Shown here: piece after piece, positions 1 through 13,474 of the stretch
Numbering within the stretch: position 1 is the first letter of the stretch
Layout: each line of letters starts with the position of its first letter
Origin: Octopus vulgaris
Taxonomy: Eukaryota
Length of the DNA: 64,000 bases
Reading direction: 5' to 3'
Assembly: GCA_951406725.2 (NCBI GenBank)
Contig: OX597825.1
Span: 39,866,001-39,930,000 of the forward strand
Position numbers and translations under genes: made by a program
The notes under the pieces: generated by a model
Told to the model about the DNA's origin: nothing
The model's database searches: none
The model's input: the letters and a program-made list of their open reading frames with translations, nothing else

Positions 1-270
1 TATGCTGGGTATTTCATCTCGGAGATCACGGAGTCTCTAGAGAAAACGAGACAGGGAAGTGGATATGAACGAGTGTTTATGATGGGAGTATCTTCCCTTG
101 AAGTCGTTAGCAGTCATACTCGTATAGTACCTAGTAATGCCGCAATTTTAGGTTGGTAAAAACTTATACAGGAAGAACGTTGTTCAAGGACCTACAAAAT
201 GCGATCGAATATTTGACAAGGGGAACGCGTACGCGAAGTTTCTTAAATAGGCCTTCCTCATGGGCCCATT
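1..270 (-). mobile_element. Penelope-like element fragment (GIY-YIG endonuclease region), decayed
   Basis: Minus strand reads YYTSMTANDFKGRYSHHKHSF, matching the YIG.T...FK.R...H..SF stretch of PLE GIY-YIG endonucleases; truncated by the window edge. Confidence 0.55.
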
Positions 271-291
271 CACACACGCATGTACACACAC

Positions 292-293
<2 letters not shown>

Positions 294-357
<64 letters not shown>

Positions 358-602
358 CACCTTGAAACTCGGGTACGTGTGTATCATGTGTTAAAGACGG
401 GGAGGATGACTCCCCTTCACAAATACTGACAGGACACAGATAGTGTGTCTGTAGCCAGCGGGAGGAGGTGTCTTCCTGGGACTACAAACTACAGTAGCAT
501 CCACCCTTTTGGGTTAGCCATATTCAAATGGCATATATGCATCACGCATATATATATATAAATATAAAATATATATATATATATGCATAGACATATATAT
601 AC

Positions 603-684
<82 letters not shown>
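294..684. repeat. (TA)n and (TA)n-(TG)n microsatellites
   Basis: Visible dinucleotide runs at ~294-356 and ~547-684; source of the spurious YIYI/HTHT ORFs. Confidence 0.95.
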
Positions 685-874
685 ATGTGTGGTGTGGATG
701 TATGTATAAATAAATGTATATGTGTATTACATGCATAAATAGGCATGGATTTCTTTTATCGAACTGTTTGGATGATATCTGCCGGGTGGATATACCTTAT
801 TTATTGAGAAAAAAGCTGCCAAAAATTCATGAGTAACATAATTAACAATTTTTCATGCATTTACAATGTGGATA

Positions 875-950
875 TAGGAACCGGAATTTCGGAATATTTG
901 TCCATAGTTAACCTGATTTTTCTTTGAATTTCAAATGTTCACATAAGTAG
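875..950 (-). ncRNA. Heavily decayed type I hammerhead relic
   Basis: Minus strand: CTTATGT (for CTGATGA) GAACATTTG...CAAATATTC C GAAA; stem II retained, core mutated. Confidence 0.25.
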
Positions 951-3899
951 GCTGTGGATTGTACAAAGAAAAATTTTTCTTCCGGCGCTCATTATATATA
1001 ACAATGTTACAATAGCAGCAAAAGTCTGAATAAGTGATCATCTCGTTGCTAAATTTTGCCTCACATATAAACTTGCAGCCCCACGTACCTCGAAAAAAAT
1101 TAATCATTCTATCGTAATCAAATTCTTGCACTTAATTCGCTGTAGATGGCCAATAAGCACAGCTCGGCAATTATTCCCTTGAAGTCAAATAAAATAAGTC
1201 TCAGGAGGTGTCTCAGCAAGTAGTTGGAAGTACAACCTATACTATATCATGCATAAACCTTCTGACCAACCCATCACAATCACCCTCTCTCATATTCTAT
1301 CACAGCCTTATTTCATCACCTCAGGTAGTACATTAGCATTTCAACTTTAATCTATATTCATCAATAACTTTCAACTGTAAAGCTACATGAACATATACAG
1401 AAATGCATAGATTTTATTATTAGATTTAGATCATTTATATTCTTCTCCTCACATATACGTCTCTCAATTCTATATTCTTCACAAAGGTTTTGAAATGACA
1501 TACAACTATTATTATTCATTAAAAGGCATAATAGGAATTTACTGTATCCTAAGAAACTACTTTTACAGAAAGTTTATCCTCCAATCTCTTTACATTGTTA
1601 AAGTTATTACCGTCGAGAGAAAACATTCAACAACTTCAGTGCTTCTAGACTTAATTTATTTTCTAATTTGCACCTTTTTCAAGACAGAATTTTGAAGACT
1701 CTTTACCAGTGTATCTTAACATCTCTGAATTCTAGTTAGTCCGTAGCTTATTTCGGCCTAATATCTGCACACAATTCACTCCTCTCTGTCATCATTCTAT
1801 AGTACAATGAACCAATCAAGATCAAACTATTAAGGATATGGAATAATTAACACTTCTTTCATGTACCTAAGTACAATATAGGCATAATCCCTTCCAACGA
1901 ATATACTTAAATCTTCTATTGCATCTGATTTATAAAAATTTTCTCTTAGTCAAAATCTTCCGGTGTTATATGATAGCTACGGATAATAACGTTCGTTGTA
2001 CTTCTTACGCCGCAATATATACTTTGACTTGCAAAGAACGAAGTGGTTTCGCTATAATGACCAGTCAAGCCTCATCTCTCAGTGATAGCAGCGACTCTTA
2101 GTTTTTTTCCCTCCGGTTGTATTTTCTTCTCAGAGCTGAGACTATACTCCTGGTAGCTAATATTATTTCTTACATGAACGTAAGTGAGCATTTTAATAGG
2201 CGTTTCCATTTCTCTTTTCAGATTTTGTTCTACTCTATACAATTATGCTATGCATTTTTTCTTTATTGTTTTCTGTTTTTTGGCTTTCACTAGAACGCCT
2301 GCTTATTGTGTTTTACAGAAAAGCAGTGTCCGAAACACATGTACATGTTAAAGAAAGCATACATTAACAATTTTAAGATACATATCTCTAGCTACAGAAA
2401 AAATGATGCAATGAATACACTAAAAACATTTAATAAGTTCATGCACGTGCAATTTAAGACTTTACACTTTGTACGATATATATTTGAATCATTTCACACG
2501 CGCAAACACACACACACAGACACACACACACACACACACACACACGCGCGCGCGCGCGTTAGTGGTTAGGACGTTACTCTCATGAACCTTGGATCGTAGT
2601 TTCCATTCGCAGAATTGAAACAGACTGACTTTACGTGCAGGGAAATTAAATATGTACCTCTCTATATATAAACTGTTATACCCAGTTCTGATACGAATTC
2701 TCGATCTTTTCTGTATGTTTGACGATACTTCCATGTTTATACAAGTACAACATTTGATACTTATTTCTTCTTTCCTTGTTTTTCGACAAAATATAATTTT
2801 ATATAACAAAGTTAACTTGACGCTTTTCGCTTCCTATAGCCAGTCACTTTGTTTTGTTGAAGAATATCGATGTGAACAATTCTCACAGAATCTCACGATC
2901 GTTGTAGTAGGAAGTCCGTTACTCGAATACTGACAGATTTTCTAGCGGTTTTAGGTCTTGGTTTGATTTCCTAAACAGTTTTATTGCATATATATACACA
3001 TTTCCTTTCACTTCTCTAGCTCACTCCCACTATCATTCTATAACACATCTAGTAGATCACATTAAAGAATATATTATATTGTCTCATTTGCTAAACTTTT
3101 GTATTATATGATCATTATATTTTCACATCCAAATACATTGAATGGTGGATTTTTATGTAGAATAATTTAACATATGAAATAGTTAGAATACACATAACTG
3201 GAGTCTCTTTAATCAAATGGATATGTATCTGGTTAACAGAAAGTAAATATGTACGCAATATAAATAGTAAATTGAGGGTTATAAAGTTGTTGACATTTTG
3301 GATGATACTGAAAATATCTTAACTTTTTATGCATTTAAACAACTGGGATTCGGTATCCGAGGTGTCTGAGGCAATATATTTATTTGCAAAATCACATTAT
3401 TCATTTAGTTAAATGTATCGCAATTAGCGATTTGCAAATGTCTAATTATAAATCAACATTTGGAATAAAAAGAAAACAAATATACTCAACATTGCATTAT
3501 CCTTTTTGCTTGCAGAAGCATGGGGAGGATTCAGTACGTATGGCGCTTGTAATCTCTTCGATACCGCTTAGATTAATGTTGTTAATCTTGTTTTAGATTT
3601 TACAGATCAATGCGCGCAGGAGCAACCTAAGACGTGGCATTATTCCAAAAGGCAAATGACTTACGGGATAGACATGCAGGTAGACAGACAGACGGATAGA
3701 TAGAATGATAGATAGATAGTACCGCATATTGCCCAGGATCCATTGTATAGAACCAAATGAGATGACAGGTGCAAGCGCTGTTCAGAGGTACACTGCAGGT
3801 GCATGCTGGTGTCTGCCAAGGCATTAATACTGCATTGTATGAAAGTAGAAGACTGTAAGTCCAAACGTTAACGTAAATATTCAGTTTTAACACATTTTG

Positions 3900-4650
3900 G
3901 CCTAAACGATATTGAATCTTTGTTTTCTGCTTTTATTCAGCATTGGAGAATTCCTCTCACTTGGGATGATGCATATGCATGTTCGTCTAAATTGTCACTG
4001 TCGTTGTTTAGTCGATGGAGGATGCCCAGTTCCCTCGCATTAATTTCACAGAACTCTACTTCACTCTCACAGAATATCCCTATGCATTTCTCCACAGCAA
4101 AATCTACGTCTATAAATGGGTAGATGAAATCACCTCCATTCAACCCACAACACAAACTTTGCGGTCGTTGGATTGGTTGCAAGTACTGATTTTACTGAGG
4201 AGATCATGCATGCTAACACAGACATCTGGGGACATTTCAACGAGAGGTCGTAATACATTTGAGAAAAGGTAGGACAGTATATAATTGCTGGAGATATTCG
4301 CTCCGCAAACTGGTCGGGTTATGGGGGCCCCATGACAGGCTGCCGTTGTAGCTGGTGATGTTGCCAGCCTCTTCATGACCTGTTCAACCGTGGTCACTTT
4401 TCGATTTTTGTACGGACAATCTATGAGTGTATCTATCCATTCGTGCCGTTTTTCTTGGTTACCATGGTTGGGAGCGGTCTTTATAACGATTATGTTTTTT
4501 TATAAAGTTGGACAGCAATGTAGATGGTTGTTTTAGAGCATCCAACTTCGTTTGAAATAGCTTTATATCTACTAAGATGAACTGTGCTCGCTCTGGATTC
4601 TTGTGTTAAGTTTTGTCCTTTACCAATCACAACTATTAGGAACTTAAAAA
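3900..4650 (-). mobile_element. Penelope-like RT fragment, decayed
   Basis: Frameshifted ORFs 4140-4397 and 3937-4182 give TRPVCGANISSNYILSYLFSNVLRPL...DLLSKI...VVG*MEV / IYPFIDVDFAVEKC, corresponding to the PLE RT RP.. and motif A (S.DV.SLYPSI) region. Confidence 0.7.
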
Positions 4651-4935
4651 TTGTAACATCACGCAAATGACCCTACATTTATATTAGTCAATAAGGCAAA
4701 AAAAACAATGGAATTTCGCAAATCATTCTTAAACTAAGTGGCTACGTAAATTAGGTAAAAGAAAGTTTATGTTTAAATTTTAATTAATTTGTTGATGTTA
4801 CGTTTGAAATGTGTATACCACAATGAAGATCGTGAAATTTTCTTTATTTAGATATACATTTTAATTCATAATTTCCGACTTGAATATATAAAAATATGCC
4901 ATTTAGCGTACTTAAATGGCGCCACTGTATTTATA

Positions 4936-5001
<66 letters not shown>

Positions 5002-5121
5002 TGTATACAGTGGCGCCATTTACACTTCATTCTAATTATAGTTATATTATTATCAGGGGTAATTATTAACTATACGTGTTTTCCAAGCTGGCAACTTGAT
5101 ATTCTAAATAATGGTGTTATC

Positions 5122-5190
<69 letters not shown>

Positions 5191-5220
5191 AGTGTGTGCG
5201 TGTGTATGCGTGTGTGTGTG

Positions 5221-5462
5221 ACTGCGGTAAGTGATCCAAGTCTCTGAGCCGTAGAGAAGAGTAGTGAGAACCACGGCCCTGTAGACACTGATCTTTGTTT
5301 TGTTCTTCCGGCCACCATTGTGCCAAACACGTTTGTACAATCTGCCAAAGGAGCTATTTGCCTTAGAAAGTCTATTGTCATTTTCCTTGTCGATCCTTGC
5401 ATCGGATGAGATGATGCAGCCCAGGTATGTAAACTGCTGTATTGATTTCAGTTCAGTACCGC
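5221..5462 (-). mobile_element. RTE-clade LINE, inverted 5' segment
   Basis: Translates KRVWHN...TKISVYRAVVLTTLLYGSETWITYR, the RTE/BovB-type RT thumb region. Confidence 0.85.
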
Positions 5463-5997
5463 TCCATCCTCAACATTCACTGGAGTGACTTCGTCACAAG
5501 CATTGAAGACTTGGAGCAGGCCGAGATCCCCAGCATTGAAGCCACGCTATTGAAGTACCACCTCCAATAGCAGTGCATGTCTCCAGAATGGAGAACCATC
5601 GCCTTCCAAAGATTGCTCTGTTTGGTGAACTCTCCACCCGCCACCGAGTGAGAGGAGCTCCGAGGAAGCGCTACAAAGACTGCCTCATAAAGTCTCTAAC
5701 ATCATGTCAAATTAACCACCAATGCTGATCAGAGCTGGCTGCGGACCGTGATGTCTGGTGCCACACAATCTTCAACGCAATCAGCAAGTTTGAGGAACAA
5801 AGATGAGATGCACTTAAAAAACAAGAGACGCAGGAGGAAGGCGCGAGCCGCCTCAGACACCACACCGGATGTTATCTTCGTCTCTGGTCACTGCTCACGG
5901 ATCTGCCTTTCCCATATCGGACTTGTCAGTCATGATCGGGCATGCACGCGACATGGACAGCATTCCTGATCTTCGTTCGCGAAGCCGAGCCATGATG
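5463..5997 (+). mobile_element. RTE-clade LINE, 3' segment
   Basis: SILNIHWSDFV...HVSRMENHRLPKIALFGELS...GAPRKRYKDCL, a C-terminal C..C..H-like segment, and a short (ATG)n tail. Confidence 0.85.
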
Positions 5998-6169
5998 ATA
6001 TAAATACATATATATATATATATATATATACACATAAATCAAAGTAGAGGACAGACTTTCCTAGATTCAAATTCCAATACCGTGAGAATACAAAATACAT
6101 AAAAATCCAACGAAATTTTAGCTTTCAAGCGCTCCAGTATTACTATCCAAAGAAAAGTAGTAGTACAAA

Positions 6170-6253
6170 ACCGTACGATCTTTTCCAAGAATGCTTTCGT
6201 ATTGGGCGAAGTTTCCAGCCAATACAAATAGTCGCATTTCTCTCATCATAGGT
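6170..6253 (-). ncRNA. Decayed type I hammerhead with long nested stem II
   Basis: Minus: ACCT ATGATGA GAGAAATGC..TTGTATTGG..CCAATACGA..GCATTCTT G GAAA AGATCG TA CGGT; core C3 and stem III mutated. Confidence 0.4.
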
Positions 6254-6399
6254 ACAAAAAAACGATCAAAATATTTATAAGATTTGAGAGAGTTTCAAAT
6301 AGCTCCTACTTACAGAACTTAAATATCGTATAATGCTAATTATTCGATATTAATCTATATGCTAATGTTAATTTGTTTTTTAAAATGTTGTAATTTTTT

Positions 6400-9300
6400 T
6401 TAAATGATCGCAAGGCAATAGAAAAATGTTTTGTGAAGTGAAAAAAAAAGGGTGTAAAATAAAACCTTTGTGCAAATTAAAATAAAAATATTTGTAAACT
6501 TTAAATGATGGGTGCCATATCGGATAAGGGAAAGGGATGAAAACTTAAATTGATTTGTATTTGTCAACAAGGGACTAACAGAGAGGGGACAGTACAAATA
6601 ATCGGGGTGATTCGCCAGAAAATGATAAAACATTAAAAAATTTATGATATATAATAAAATCGAATGATTAAGATGAAGTGATGAACCGATATGACCATAC
6701 AAACGACATTCTACCACTGAACCATTTAAAGAACATTTATGTCTTCCTTTAAGATGGCACATTCACTCTAAACATGTATCCCACTTTCTTACATCTTTTC
6801 TCATATATATTTTAGTGACAGCTTTATTATTTTGCTCTGGATTTGGGAAATAAAAATACTTACAAATCCTCAGCTGGAAATGAAGTCGCTTGTCACTAAT
6901 ACTTTCATATCAGACAACCATACAATCCATTTTGCAATCGCAACTACAGCTAGAAAAGAGAACTTCTCTTTCTCTTTCAGAGAGGGCGGTGGAACAATCT
7001 TTATAATTGATTCGGAAGACATCTGCGCCCTTCCTAAACGGCACAACAGGTATCTCTCTATATATAAACGGCAGTTTGTGTGTCTGTCAGGTTGTACCCT
7101 CTCTCTGACCACGGCTTTCAAACCGATTCTGATGAAACTTGACACACTCATAGCCCAATGTCATAATTCAAAACTAACGCAGCGAAAATTTTGAAAAGTT
7201 CCCCCAGTTCTGAAAAAAGTCGATAAATTCGACATGGGATCGAGAATCTAAGCTTTTTATATGCAACACATTTTCTGTTGTAGTTTTCGCAACTTGCAAT
7301 CGATTTTCACCAAACTCATGGTGAAGCTTAATGTTACCCTAAGAAACTTAATTCTGACGTTAGTTTTCAATGCAATACATTACTATCAGAAAAAAATTGA
7401 TAAAATCATGCCATTTTCGGAAATCGCGTTCAAATTCAAGATGACATATTTTCGACAATATCTTTCACAAATTGGCAGGAATTTTTTTAAAATTCATAGC
7501 GAGCATCATGTCTGCTCCAAGGAACTATATGGCCCTTTTTATTCCAATAGAATACTTTATAACTGGAAATCGGTTAATTAAATCATATGTGGCACACATA
7601 GAAAACCGATTTGTGTGTTAAACACAAACCACAGACTGTCTAGGGGACGCAACTCGACCTTTTTTAACTCTCGGAACACGTGGGGTAAGTATCCCAAAAT
7701 GTATGAAAATGTACAAAAACGGCAAAAAAGCGGGCAGCAATGTGAGTGACAACAACGAAAAAGTCAAAAGTGACCAAACTGAACAAACGAATGGAAAAGG
7801 TTTTTTGGTGCACACGACAAAAGCGGTTTATAATAAACCAAGAGTTTGCAAGTATCATCCGAGGACCCTTAGGGTACGTCAAAAATTTAAGGTAAAACGT
7901 TTGGGGTGGTAGTTATAAAAAAAGTTTAAACAAAAAAGTATTCGAATAACTTGCGGCTGCACCAGCTATTAGCAGAGGTGTTGGGGGTAAAGTCTTGAAT
8001 GTAATTTCTTCCTGGTAGGAATTGGTTTGGTTGAATTATCGATAGCTGTTTGATAGTTATTTGGGAGTGAAGAGAAGACATTGCAACCTACACATGCGCC
8101 TTCGTTCCCTAGAGAGAAACGACTAGATTAGGATTAGTCGTTGCCTACTAGGGGATCTTACACACCCGGGCAACGCCGGGCTATGCTGCTAGTTCAACAT
8201 AAAACCACAACTCGGATATTTTCGGACATTGCACAATAGCGTGCAAGAACAGGTTCACTGCTCTGCTCCCATCTTGGGCTGGCATGCAGAGCAGTGCCTG
8301 GAAAGATTATATCGAACTGGTAAGGCTCCTCGGTAACACTGCCAAGCCAGAGACTTTTGGAAGTTGTCCAAAGGCCCCGGCGCGAATGTCCTTCGGAAAA
8401 AAACCCAGCAAGCTGGCTTTCTTCGAAACCCTGGGTTTTACCCCAAACATCGTCACACTTAGCCTCTCCTAACCCTCTAGAGTATGGCAAGGTGGAACTC
8501 TCCCCACCGGCATTGCTCGTGCGGGTGAGAAGCGCAAGAACCTGCAAACAATCAGCCAAAGATGCCTGAGCCTCACCGCATCCCTGCGCATCATTAGCCA
8601 CAGCGTACCTAGCACACACTTTAGCGTCTGTTGGAAGCAGATAGAGTGCCTAACAAGTGCTTCTTTGTCCTTCCACAAAAAGCGAAAGAGCAATCATTAC
8701 AACTTTCTTAGCCACGAATCACAAGTAGGAAAGCCGGTAGGTGATCACAAATGTGATCAGCACATTTGCGACATTCGGCCTCACTTTCAGGGAAAAACCA
8801 GCGCTCAAACGAGGTCTGGCTTAGGTGAGTTACAAAGCTCGTAACCTCCCTCCAGTTTTTCTTTATCTGGAGGTCTTTACCGAACCAAACCCCAAGCATT
8901 TTAACCGGACCGTCTGTCCAACGCCCCACAACGCTATTGAGCGGCATCTACTCTACCACCAGGTGCCGAGTTGGAAGCCGACTTATTTATCACGATTATC
9001 TTTTCCTCCTGCCGCGACCTCGTAATCTTTATTGGCATCGCCTACCCACTGTAGGTGTTCCACCTCGGACACGATGATGGTGAAATCGTCTGCATACGCT
9101 GTAACAACCTTTCCACAACCAGGATCACGCGTGGCGTCCTTCATACATTCCAACTTCTGTAGTAAATATTCCAGAGTCAAACCATACAGAAGTGGAGAGA
9201 TGGGACATCCTTGATGTAACTAGCGCTTCATGCAGAACGGTTTCGAGAAGATGGAATCGATGTTGCCATATAAATAAATGATCCACACAAGGAGGACCAG

Positions 9301-11940
9301 ACAAAATCCGACCGCCGTGAGGACCGACAGCAGATACCGATGGTCAACTCTGTCAAAAGCTTTATAATGGTCTAAATGGACTAAAGCTCTACCCTTGTCA
9401 GGAATCCTATGAACCCTCCTTAAGGTATAGCATATAATTTGGTGATAGTCATGTATGTACCTGCCGGGAATGGCGAAAGTTTGCTCCTCCCTGACGAGTC
9501 CATCCACGACCTGCGCCCACCTTTTTGCTAGTACCTTGGCCAAAATCTTTAACTCTACGTTAAGAGGAGTGATGGGCCGAAAATTATCTACTCTATCCCA
9601 TGTGCCTGTGTCTTTTCTTAGCAGCAATACAACCCCCGAATCACAGATCTAGCTGTAAAACCATTCTACTCCCAGACGCATGCTAGTAGGCGTCCAAGCA
9701 AGCCTGACATACTATAGTATAGCTCAAAGGTCAGACAATCTGATCCCGGTGACTTGTCCCCACCGCAATCCAACAAAGAGACCTCCATTTCTGCAGCTGT
9801 GATCGGTCCTTCCCAGAGACGCGGCAAACTGGTGAGGAAGTGCGTGAAGTCCTGTTTACCCTTCAGTCCACAGTTCCTCCCCAACTGATGGACTAAAATC
9901 TCTTGAAAAAATCTTACGCATCTCTTCGGTTCGTTTACCGAACGCTGATGTTGATCCGCCAAAGACCTTATTATTATATTATTACCACGTTGTGTGTCTA
10001 CATACGGACCCATCCGACAGCGTTCATTCCCTCTCATCGCATTGCATGAAGCGTATCTCTGACAACATCTTCCCCATGTTTAGTCTCGAGGTGTTGTTTG
10101 ACCACCAATCGCGCGGCTAAAACTTGGAACGCATTGCCATTTCTCAATGCCTCTTCTAAAGCATTAATTAGTTCCCTTTCTATTCTATTCTTCCTACTGA
10201 TAGCTGTTGCTAAACCTAATAGACTCAAACGTGATTACTCTTTTGAAGGCATACCACTATTTGTTATGAACAATGGACCCGGTTAATGCACTCGTTACTA
10301 ATTGCCTAATCCGACTTCTGTACTACTCACAAGTCAAGAGCGACTTGTAGAGTTTCCAGTAGCCGGGTACTTGTTTATATACTCTATCTAAATAAAGCCT
10401 ACAGGTCACACATTTGTGATCACTGTAGCAGATATAATGAAATTGTGGACACCTGGCTGAGTCTTTACCTTTACTCCTAACAATAATCCGATCTAAGTAA
10501 GACTTAGGAGACCCGTCGCTTTTAGACCATATCTACACTAGAGCGTAACAACTGAGACAACATAGTCAACACGTGCATCGCAGATTGTATCTCTTAACAG
10601 ATTCTATTAAAGTATCTTAACAGTATGTGATGTTCCTAGAAATATCTCTAAGCTTCGAAAAATGCCCGAATGCCCAGTTTTACAAGGAGAATAGAGAGCA
10701 ACCCACCTGAAGGGCGTACTACTGCTATTCATCGCATCCGAGAATCCAGCTTGTACTCTGGGTCAATGAAGAATGTTCTAATTTCTAACGCCAGATTCTT
10801 CCGTAGTAGAACTGCGACGCCTAACTCCTCCAGGCTGACATGGAGAAATGAATTTCTCGTAGTCATTTTTTGATGGGTGAGAACGCCTGCGATCTCCCCA
10901 GACTGGTTTCCGTAATTACAGGATCCTACCTATGCGACCTGAGATCGTTACGGAGGAGACCTTGCTTCGAGACCGATCCCAGGCCGCGTACTGCAACCTA
11001 CATTAAGGGGGAACATATAGTCTTACCTTATTAGAAGAGAGTAGAACACTCCTCATCTGTGGTCTGTGAAGCACTTCGATGAGTTGGTGATGTGATGTTA
11101 ATGATAATTTTTTCCTCTGAGGAACTACGTCGTCTAGGAATGACGTTTTTACTCCATGATGCTGTTTTCTACCAATGAAAATGAATTTGATATTCTTTGG
11201 AATGTCATTGTTTGTGGGAGTTTCGAATGGTTGGAATGAATTTCCCTCTCTCTAGCTCTGTGTCTGTGGTATAGTACCCCATGTTATGACGTAATTTTTT
11301 GGGAAAGCGTTGGGGAGTTTGGAAATCTTGTGTGCATGCCTATGTGTTTTTCTTGTGGGGACAAATTGATTTGCAAGATTAGCATCCACATCTGACACTA
11401 ATTCTGTAGGGATTAGTGTCAGGGGTTGGGGTTTGTAGGGGTAGGTGGGAACTAGTGTCTGTTGTGGTAGGGCGGGGTTTTTCCTTTTTTTATGTTGGAT
11501 ACCACCTGCCAATCACTGGCGACGATTTCTCAGTAAGAGCTTCATTTCTCTTCATTTTGCTTGGTCCCTCAGTATTTTCCTTTTCTCCGCAGCTAGTGTC
11601 ACAGGAGCTAGCGTCACAGGAGCTAGCGTCACAGGATGTGGATGGGCGGCATCTTTCACGATTGGGGAGATCTCTGATGCTTTTGGTGGAGGGCACTTTG
11701 CTATTATGTGGCCCTTCTGGACCAACTTGAAGCATCGGGACCTCCATAACTCTCAATTTCGTAACCTCTTCCACCAGTTTGGTGTCAACAATCTCTTCCT
11801 GTGTTTTGTCGTCATATTGCTTCAGACAGTCCTCCATAATCTACCAACATGTCAAGACCAATATGGAGGCAACTTGCGTCAACTTGACATCCGCAATTTA
11901 TCCAAGCAAACGAAGAACCTAACACTCAGACAAATATAGG
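6400..11940 (-). mobile_element. Tx1/L1-clade LINE (ORF1 remnant + APE-RT ORF2), decayed, interrupted by a Helitron
   Basis: RT motifs DNFRPITPLNVELKILAKVLAKR, DHYKAFDRVDHRYL, AYADDFTIIV, VKMLGVWFG; KSPGSDCLTFELY; APE-like start near 11000; C-terminal HAIVQCP..WFYVE joins YLLCRLG..AKWIVW across the Helitron; many stops and frameshifts. Confidence 0.85.
7053..8192 (+). mobile_element. Non-autonomous Helitron
   Basis: 5' TC (TCTCTCTATATATAAA), 3' CTAG preceded by a GC hairpin (CCCGGGCAACGCCGGG), inserted between host A and T with no TSD. Confidence 0.85.
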
Positions 11941-12034
11941 AGAACGTCCTCATATATTGAAGCATTCTCAGTAATAAATAGGAAATATAAGCAGTAGAGA
12001 GTAATACTCCTATACCTTCAGTTCTTATGTATGT

Positions 12035-12415
12035 GGAAGCATTCCGTCGGTTACGACGACGAGGGTTCCGGTTGATCCGATCAACGGAACAGCCTGCTCA
12101 TGAAATTAACGTGTAAGTGGCTGAGCACTCCACAGACACGTGTACCCCTAACGTAGTTCTCGGGGATATTCAGCGTGACACAGAGAGTGACAAGGCCGGC
12201 CCTTTGAAATACAGGTACAACAGAAACAGGAAGTAAGAGTGAGAGAAAGTTGTGGTGAAAGAGTACAGCCGGGATCACCACCATCCCAGGCGGAGCCTCG
12301 TGGAGCTTTTAGTTGTTTTCGCTCAATAAACACCCACAACGCCCGGTCTGGGAATCGAAACCGCGATCCTACGACCGCGATCTGCTGCCCTAACCACTGG
12401 GCCATTGCGCCTCCC
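12035..12415 (-). mobile_element. tRNA-derived SINE
   Basis: Minus 5' end GGCGCAATGGCCCAGTGGTTAGGG...GGTTTCGATTCCC (A/B boxes); body repeated at 40080-40303. Confidence 0.8.
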
Positions 12416-12811
12416 TTCATATGTATATATACAAGTAGAATAGTTAGTAGGCTGTTTTGTAGATGTATGTGGGTGTAGTGAGCGTGTGTGTGTATATGTG
12501 GATATGCGTGTCTACCTCTGTCTCCTTGTGTGTGTATGCCCACGCACACTGACCCACACACATGCGCACAAGCAAACAAGAAGAATGCAACTCGGATAAC
12601 GGACAGAGTCAAATACTATTAAAGAGGTGGCACGACGCAACGAAAATTTCAGAGACACAACAATATATGCTTCTGTACACGAACTCACATAAAGGATCTT
12701 GCAAACCAAATCCAGTATTGAGAAAAATGGCAAGACAACAAAAGAATGAAAGACTGCAAATAGAGGAATTTATCTGTAAATGTCATATGTGATACTTATT
12801 CGGTTGCCATG

Positions 12812-12869
12812 TTAAAACTCCGAGTTTCGGATGCCGAGGTGGAAATCCACGCCGCCATCTCTTCAGTTA
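12812..12869 (-). ncRNA. Type I hammerhead-like motif inside a short fold-back element (12772-12925)
   Basis: Minus: TAA CTGAAGA GATG..GTGGA..CCAC..CATC C GAAACT CGG AGTT TTA; flanked by ~35 bp imperfect inverted repeats (ATCTGTAAATGTCATATGTGATACTTATTCGGT / ACCGAATAAGTGTCACATATTACATTTACAGAT). Confidence 0.5.
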
Positions 12870-13209
12870 TCCGGTCATCGGAAAAAATGCTACCGAATAA
12901 GTGTCACATATTACATTTACAGATATATATATATATATCGTCGTTATATTTGATTTGCAAGATTCTTTATGTAAATTCGTGTGTTGAAGTATATTCTATT
13001 GTGTATTGAGAATGTCATTTTCTCTTAGTGCCTTATAATTTAACATACTCACTGGTTTGCTTTCTACCCTTTTATTTATTTTCTCTAAAACTTGCGTCTT
13101 GCAACATCTTTGATAGTCGTTGGCTGTCCTTTATCAGAGCTGCGTTCTTTTTGTTTGTTTGTTTGTTTATCTGTGCTCATGTTTGGTGCGTAAGTGTGCA
13201 TGTGTATAC

Positions 13210-13242
<33 letters not shown>

Positions 13243-13474
13243 TCTGTGTATGTATGTACCTGTATGCATATAAACATATGTATGCGTGTGTATACATTTG
13301 TATGTATGTATTCTGCCTATCAAAGTGTTTCTCTTTTCATGTTTGTGTGTTTGTATGAGTGTGTATTTGTATGTGCACCTCTGTCTGCTTGTATCAGCAT
13401 GTTTGTGTGTGTCTATGTGTATTGGTATGTGTGACTATGTACGTGCGTCTCTTATGTATAGTTTTATGTCTTGA

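Noticed and set aside
153-746. ORFs rich in YIYI, HTHT, LSIY or RERE here and throughout the window
   Set aside because: Translations of dinucleotide and tetranucleotide microsatellites, not genes
1040-1200. Possible PLE linker fragment (KFLHLIRCRWP..RQLF)
   Set aside because: Similarity too short and degenerate to list as a feature
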